DNA of 29,683 bases. Origin: Candidatus Altarchaeum sp. Lineage in GTDB: Archaea; Altiarchaeota; Altiarchaeia; Altiarchaeales; Altiarchaeaceae. The translations under genes were made by a program, and so were the position numbers. The stretch spans positions 1,845-31,527 of the forward strand of contig JAGWDQ010000104.1 of the NCBI GenBank assembly GCA_018260615.1, given 5' to 3'. The notes under the pieces are model-generated. The model ran no database searches and had not been told where the DNA came from. It was given only the letters and a program-made list of their open reading frames with translations. Shown in pieces: positions 24,921-29,683 of this stretch; position 1 is the first letter of the stretch, and every line of letters starts with the position of its first letter.

Positions 24921-25973
24921 CTATATGGGATCCCGAATCGGAGGATTGTACTCTCTTGAATCTGATCTCCACTTTGACCCCGGAAATCTAACCCCGGCTT
25001 CTTTCGGATTAAATTCATAGTAAATGTAACTATCGAACCAGATACATACAAACTTCTCTAAAGGAATCCTCGTCCTGAACGACAACCCGGACGCATACAG
25101 GTATAACTGAGATGCAACGTTGTTTTCGTTTTCTTTGGCAGCATTTCAAAATTTATTTTTGAAATATCCGAACGAAGTGAGGTTATCCGGTTTGAAATCC
25201 AAAATATATATCTTACCGTTTCTTATCTGCAGAATATCTATGTGTCCGCATATTCCGATATTTAAATTCTTTTCCCATAACCACACGGGAACCTCGCATG
25301 CTATAGTGGATGAATCATTTATAAGCATGAAATTCTCAACAACAGAATGCCGCTCCCTGTTACTCTTACAGGATTTTAAAGCGAAATCAGCCAGTTTGCA
25401 CGCATTATTGTATTTCTATTCTCTTTTATTTTTAATATTAATCATCAATTGGGAACATCTTTCATCCTCTTCAAAAAATCTTATCGGGCAACCCGACTCA
25501 AATCTGTTTATATATTCCCGGAGAGATGAAAGTTCATTACTATTGCATAGAATGTCCAGTTTTCCCTTGTGGTATTTAAAATTATATGCCAGACCCCTAT
25601 GCTCAAAGGTCTTACCGAAAATTATTTCCTTCCCATAATTTTTCAAAACCATTGCTCTGAATTTATAATATGTGCATATATTCTTAAACTCCATGACCCA
25701 TCTGTGAACAGAACTTTTCGTAACATTCACCTTGAATCTCCTGTTGATGTGTCTTGCGGACTCCTCCAGGGTATTTCCAATATCATAGTAATTGATGGTA
25801 TTCATAATAACTCCATGTCCATAAGTTTTATTTTTTAATCCTCTTCCCGCAAACTTTCTTTGGCAGTCCTTACAGTAAAACAACTGCACAAAACCGAACT
25901 TAGTATTCTGCCTGCCTTTTCTGATTACATTCTCTCCTTTACATTTTGGACATGAGATATTTTTATTTTTCAT
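24921..25973 (-). pseudogene. InsA-like Zn-ribbon + HTH + PD-(D/E)xK nuclease gene with two in-frame stops
   Basis: One frame runs from 25973 to TAG 24921: CPKC..YCKDC, SVHRWV, TAG at 25416-18, then HSVVENFMLINDSSTIACEVPVW..GHIDILQ..ILDFKP, a repeat insertion carrying TGA (25146-48), then SQLYLYASGL..CIWFD. Confidence 0.82.
25143..25184 (-). repeat. 42-bp REP-like unit inserted in frame in the nuclease gene
   Basis: Minus strand aacctcacttcgttcggatatttcaaaaataaattttgaaat, i.e. the same unit plus a 9-bp stem as in the 24331-24523 array. Confidence 0.85.
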
Positions 25974-26119
25974 TTCTCAAATTTATTTAATTTCAATTTT
26001 AGATAGCTGAATAGTTACATCATTAAATTTAACAGAATTAGGTTTTGATGTCTAAAAATTTACTCAAAATTTAAATTCTTATAGAATATTCTTAATTCTA
26101 ATAATCTGAAAAATTTAAA

Positions 26120-26157
26120 ATGCAAAAACCAAAAACAATATCCGAAAAAATTTTAAG
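26120..26157 (+). repeat. Duplicate of the aconitase 5' end
   Basis: ccaaaaacaatatccgaaaaaattttaag is identical at 26129-26157 and 26821-26849. It is preceded by an ATG at 26120 (MQKPKTISEKIL versus MPKTISEKIL). Confidence 0.8.
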
Positions 26158-26262
26158 CAAAATTTACAATTTTATTTATTTAAAGAAAGAAAAGTAATTA
26201 TTACCTGCGATGTTATTATATGTTGTTGTATAATTTTTAAAAAAATTTAAAAGCTGATTAAA

Positions 26263-26448
26263 ATGGCAATTTTAAGTCCCCACGAAAAAGAAATCATGGG
26301 GAGGTTCGAAAACGGAGGGGATATTAAAAACGAATAAGGGTGGGATGTTTTAACAAGATATGGCACTATTGGTCTTGTAACCTTTGGTTTTTTAAGCAAA
26401 AGAGCGCGACTAACTGATAAAGGAAAACTTGTGTTGAAATATTATTAA
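26263..26448 (+). pseudogene. Small possible wHTH-like protein with an internal TAA; not in the ORF track
   Basis: MAILSPHEKEIMGRFENGGDIKNE*GWDVLTRYGTIGLVTFGFLSKRARLTDKGKLVLKYY; stop at 26335-26337; LTDKG wing-like motif. Confidence 0.45.
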
Positions 26449-26574
26449 GCAGCAGGAAATAAACCGGTAGTTTTGTATTGTGCAGATTTTAGCTTTCTGT
26501 TTTTGTTTGCCTTATTAAATTGGTTTGTTGATTTTTTTTATTTTCCTCATCTAAATTTTTAAACTTAAAAAAAT

Positions 26575-26775
26575 ATGTTCAAAACAACATACTGGGCGCG
26601 GATACCAACTTTTACTTATGGTATTAACTTTGACCGGAGAATAAAAGCAATAGAGGAAAATGAAGAAAAGAAATGGATAAAATTGGATGAAAATGAGAAA
26701 GATTACATCTTTCAAACGATTATTAACCTGATTATTAACGAGTTAAACTATAATTTTAAGGAAATTTCAAATTGA
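26575..26775 (+). CDS. Small hypothetical protein (66 aa)
   Basis: ORF only; no family recognised. Confidence 0.35.
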   Translation: MFKTTYWARIPTFTYGINFDRRIKAIEENEEKKWIKLDENEKDYIFQTIINLIINELNYNFKEISN

Positions 26776-26817
26776 GTTATAAAATTTGCAAAAAATATAA
26801 AGAAAATATAAATCAAA

Positions 26818-28806
26818 ATGCCAAAAACAATATCCGAAAAAATTTTAAGAGAGCATTTAGTTGATGGAAAATTAGAGAAAGGAAGCGAAATCGGAATAAA
26901 AATTGACCAGACGCTAACACAGGACGCAACAGGAACAATTGCATATCTTCAATTTGAATCAATAGGAATTGACAGAGTAAGGAACGAATTAGCAGTAAGT
27001 TATGTTGACCACAATACATTGCAGGATGACTTCAAAAATCCCGATGACCACAGATTTTTAAGAAGCATAGCGGAAAGATATGGTATTTACTTTTCTCCGC
27101 CGGGAAACGGAATTTGCCATCAGTTGCATTTGGAAAGATTTGCGGTCCCCGGAAAAACATTACTTGGCAGCGACAGTCATACACCTACAGCAGGAGGGAT
27201 TGGAATGCTCGCAATAGGTGCAGGCGGTTTGGATGTCGCATGTGCAATGGCAGGAGAACCGTTTTATTTAAAAATGCCCGAAATTGTTGAAGTAAATTTA
27301 AGCGGAAATTTAATGAATTTCGTATCTGCAAAAGATGTTATTCTCGAAATTTTAAGAACAATGACAGTTAGCGGCGGCGTTGGAAAAATTTTAGAATATA
27401 GCGGAGACGGGATAGCAAATTTAGATGTTCCGGGCAGGGCAACAATAACAAATATGGGAACGGAAACAGGGGCAACAACCTCAATATTTCCAAGCGATGA
27501 AATAACAAAAAATTTTATGACTATGCAAAATCGTCTTAGGGACTGGAAAAATTTAAATCACCTCGCTCTGGCTCGGAGATTTAAATTTTCTGCGGAAAAT
27601 TTAAATGCGGATGCTCATGCATATTATGATGAAAAGCTCGCAATAAATTTATCGGAAATTGAGCCGCTCATCGCACTCCCGCATAGTCCGGATAATGTTA
27701 AAAAAGTCAGGGATGTTCAGGGAATTAGTGTTGAACAGGTTGTTATCGGAAGCTGCACAAATTCATCGCTCCGTGATTTAAAAACCGTTGCACAACTGCT
27801 GAAAGACAGAAAGGTAAGCAAGGATGTTGATTTAATTATTGCACCCGGTTCAAGAAGTGTTGTTGAGGCATTAATAGAAAGTAAAGAGTACAGTTATTTG
27901 AGCAAAGCAGGAGCAAGAATTATTGAAAATGTATGCGGCCCGTGTATCGGGATGGGATATGCACCGCCAAGTGAAGGGGTCTCTGTCAGAACAATAAACA
28001 GAAATTTTCCCGGAAGAAGCGGAACAAAAGATGCAAATGTCCATATTTCAAGTCCCGAAACAGCAGTTGCATGTGCTATTAGTGGAAAAATTTCAGACCC
28101 GCGAGATGTGTTTGCTCAAAAAATTTTAAAATGCCTGAAGATGCCGAAGTTGTTTCCGGTAATTAATAACTTCATCAGTCCAATTCCGATTGAGAATGCA
28201 AAAAACACAGTTATTATTCGCGGACCAAATATAAAACCGCTTCCTAAATTTGAGTCACAAATCGGAAGGATGAAGGGAGAAATTTTAATCAAAGTTAGCG
28301 ATAACATTTCAACTGACCATATTATGCCCGCGGGTGCAAAAATTTTGCCGTTAAGGAGCAATATTCCCGAAATCAGCAGGTATGTTTTCAGTGCTATAGA
28401 TGCTCAATTTTACCAGAGGGCAACAGAAAAGAAAGGCGGCTTTATTGTCGGCGGAGAAAATTACGGACAGGGTTCAAGCAGAGAGCATGCGGCAATCGCT
28501 CCCCGTTATTTGGGAGTTAAAGCGGTAATTGTGAAGTCGTTTGCGAGAATACACACTGCAAATTTAATAAATTTTGGAATACTGCCTTTGATGTTTGAGA
28601 ATAAAAATGATTATGACAGGATTGAAATGGGCGACATCCTTGAAATTTCTGCGGGAATTGAAGAATTAAAAAGCAACAATGTTTTGATGAGAAATTTAAG
28701 TAAAAATTTTGAAATTGGTTTAAAGCACAATTTAAGCGGGAAAGATATCGAAATTATAGCGAGCGGCGGAAAGTTAAATTTTATTGCGAAAAAATTAAAA
28801 GGGTGA
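26818..28806 (+). CDS. acn: Aconitate hydratase (single chain, C-terminal swivel domain)
   Basis: QDATGT, GICHQ, DSHT, [4Fe-4S] ligands GSCTN and CGPCIGMG, NRNFPGR, STDHI, YGQGSSREHAA, SFARIH. Confidence 0.92.
   Translation: MPKTISEKILREHLVDGKLEKGSEIGIKIDQTLTQDATGTIAYLQFESIGIDRVRNELAVSYVDHNTLQDDFKNPDDHRFLRSIAERYGIYFSPPGNGICHQLHLERFAVPGKTLLGSDSHTPTAGGIGMLAIGAGGLDVACAMAGEPFYLKMPEIVEVNLSGNLMNFVSAKDVILEILRTMTVSGGVGKILEYSGDGIANLDVPGRATITNMGTETGATTSIFPSDEITKNFMTMQNRLRDWKNLNHLALARRFKFSAENLNADAHAYYDEKLAINLSEIEPLIALPHSPDNVKKVRDVQGISVEQVVIGSCTNSSLRDLKTVAQLLKDRKVSKDVDLIIAPGSRSVVEALIESKEYSYLSKAGARIIENVCGPCIGMGYAPPSEGVSVRTINRNFPGRSGTKDANVHISSPETAVACAISGKISDPRDVFAQKILKCLKMPKLFPVINNFISPIPIENAKNTVIIRGPNIKPLPKFESQIGRMKGEILIKVSDNISTDHIMPAGAKILPLRSNIPEISRYVFSAIDAQFYQRATEKKGGFIVGGENYGQGSSREHAAIAPRYLGVKAVIVKSFARIHTANLINFGILPLMFENKNDYDRIEMGDILEISAGIEELKSNNVLMRNLSKNFEIGLKHNLSGKDIEIIASGGKLNFIAKKLKG
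27559..27606 (+). repeat. 48-bp REP-like unit inserted in frame in aconitase
   Basis: cacctcgctctggctcggaga plus a perfect 12-bp stem (27579-90/27595-606). aaaatttaaat is repeated at 27548 and 27596. The insert adds 16 aa (HLALARRFKFSAENLN). Confidence 0.85.
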
Positions 28807-28847
28807 AAATTTATTTTTTATTGTACAGGAAAGTTCGTTTTATTATC

Positions 28848-28911
28848 CTCACACGGAGACACCGAGACACAAAGAGAAAATACACTCTGTGACTTTGTGA
28901 CTTTGTGTGAG
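28848..28911. repeat. Imperfect palindrome of iterated 9-mers downstream of aconitase (REP-like or terminator)
   Basis: ctcacacggagacaccgagacacaaag ... ctctgtgactttgtgactttgtgtgag. Confidence 0.6.
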
Positions 28912-28921
28912 CATTTTTTAA

Positions 28922-29636
28922 ATGTTCCCAATTCCAATTCCGATTATTGTTTTGTTCGCTGTTTTTATTTTTGTCTCAATAAGGCAGATAGGAAATTTAA
29001 GGTTGCAAATATGGCAGCTCATGCTGTTCGGAGCAATAATTGTGCTTATTACAGGACAAATTTCGCCGAATGATGTGCTCACTTCAATAAATTTTGATGT
29101 TATTTTATTTTTATTCGGTGTTTTTGTTATCGGTAAGGCACTGGAAGAGAGCGGAATTTTGCTGTCTTTTTCATCTAAAATTTTTTGCAAAGCAAAATCA
29201 ACAGACATGCTGATATTATTAAATCCTCTTTGTTGCAGGAGGAACATCTGCACTGCTGATGAACGATACAATAGCGATAATAGGAACTCCGATAATGTTA
29301 ATGCTGGCTTCGCGGTCTAAAATTTCTCCGAAATTATTGTTGCTTACTCTGGCATTTGCGATAACAATAGGAAGCGTTGCAAGTCCGATAGGTAATCCGC
29401 AGAATTTACTTATTGCTTTGAATATGTAGGAGCCGTTTATTCCGTTCATTAAATTTCTCCTGATTCCGACAATAATAAATTTGTTTGCTGCATACCTGAT
29501 ATTAAAAATTTTCTACAAAAATGAGTTTGGGAAATTAAGCCGAAATCTGCAGGAAAATTTTGAAAGCAAAACAAATTCGGACACCAAACTTTCACTCATA
29601 ACTAAAATTTCGTTTGTTTTATTTGTTTCCCATTAG
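28922..29636 (+). pseudogene. ArsB/NhaD (SLC13-like) anion permease, frameshifted and truncated
   Basis: IDF-like SINFDVILFLFGVFVIGKALEESG. An extra A near 29221-29223 shifts the frame, which continues ILFVAGGTSALLMNDTIAIIGTP..GSVASPIGNPQNLLIA. In-frame TAG at 29427-29 and 29634-36. Confidence 0.85.
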
Positions 29637-29683
29637 CACGAAAAAAAAATAAAAAAATGAGGGTCACCCCTATTTGTTTGTCC

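Noticed and set aside
24583-25051. ORFs 24583-24819, 24593-24862 and 24788-25051
   Set aside because: They fall in low-complexity skewed sequence or overlap, out of frame, the true 3' end of the nuclease pseudogene.
24921-26448. Stop-codon reassignment or Sec/Pyl read-through to explain in-frame TAG/TGA/TAA
   Set aside because: All three stop types end intact genes elsewhere in the window, and the TGA lies inside an inserted repeat.
297-29449. Numerous 60-170 aa ORFs antisense to or overlapping the long genes (e.g. 297-602, 5518-5907, 12502-12968, 19564-19908, 23144-23569, 25120-25638, 28918-29271)
   Set aside because: They are shadow frames of well-supported genes, with no recognisable motifs.
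1-29683. Integrase, prophage, tRNA or rRNA genes explaining the cassette array
   Set aside because: No tyrosine/serine recombinase motifs, viral structural genes or tRNA/rRNA-like sequence were recognised. A recombinase could be encoded outside the window.

Overview
AT-rich archaeal DNA (archaeal-type ThrRS, tRNA-splicing endonuclease, archaeal ATPases, dockerin-tipped surface proteins). The gene style suggests Ca. Altiarchaeum or a relative, but that is inference only. The first 12 kb is a tandem cassette array in front of an intact thrS (12152-14071), with four extra copies of the thrS 5' region. Three cassettes share one layout. The ThrRS N-terminal editing domain is fused in frame to a winged-helix (wHTH) domain, followed by a promoter with an inverted repeat and an invariant signal-peptide start (MDKLKTGFLVVLVG). 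A variable secreted protein follows (two Cys-rich peptides, one putative clan-CD protease), then membrane-anchored partner genes. A 470-bp block appears identical in all three and ends inside the signal peptide. This looks like an undescribed polymorphic secreted-effector/partner cassette system; its function (antagonism versus signalling) is inference, and no integrase is visible. The right half holds hicB with a frameshifted hicA, two archaeal ATPases, endA, a 1612-aa transglutaminase-domain surface protein, a Zn-ribbon/HTH/PD-(D/E)xK pseudogene, aconitase and an ArsB/NhaD-type permease pseudogene. Duplicated gene ends repeatedly flank small cargo segments (endA 3', surface-protein 3', aconitase 5'). 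A REP-like hairpin repeat occurs as an intergenic array and as two in-frame insertions in genes. No rRNA, tRNA or CRISPR array was recognised. All matches were made by eye.
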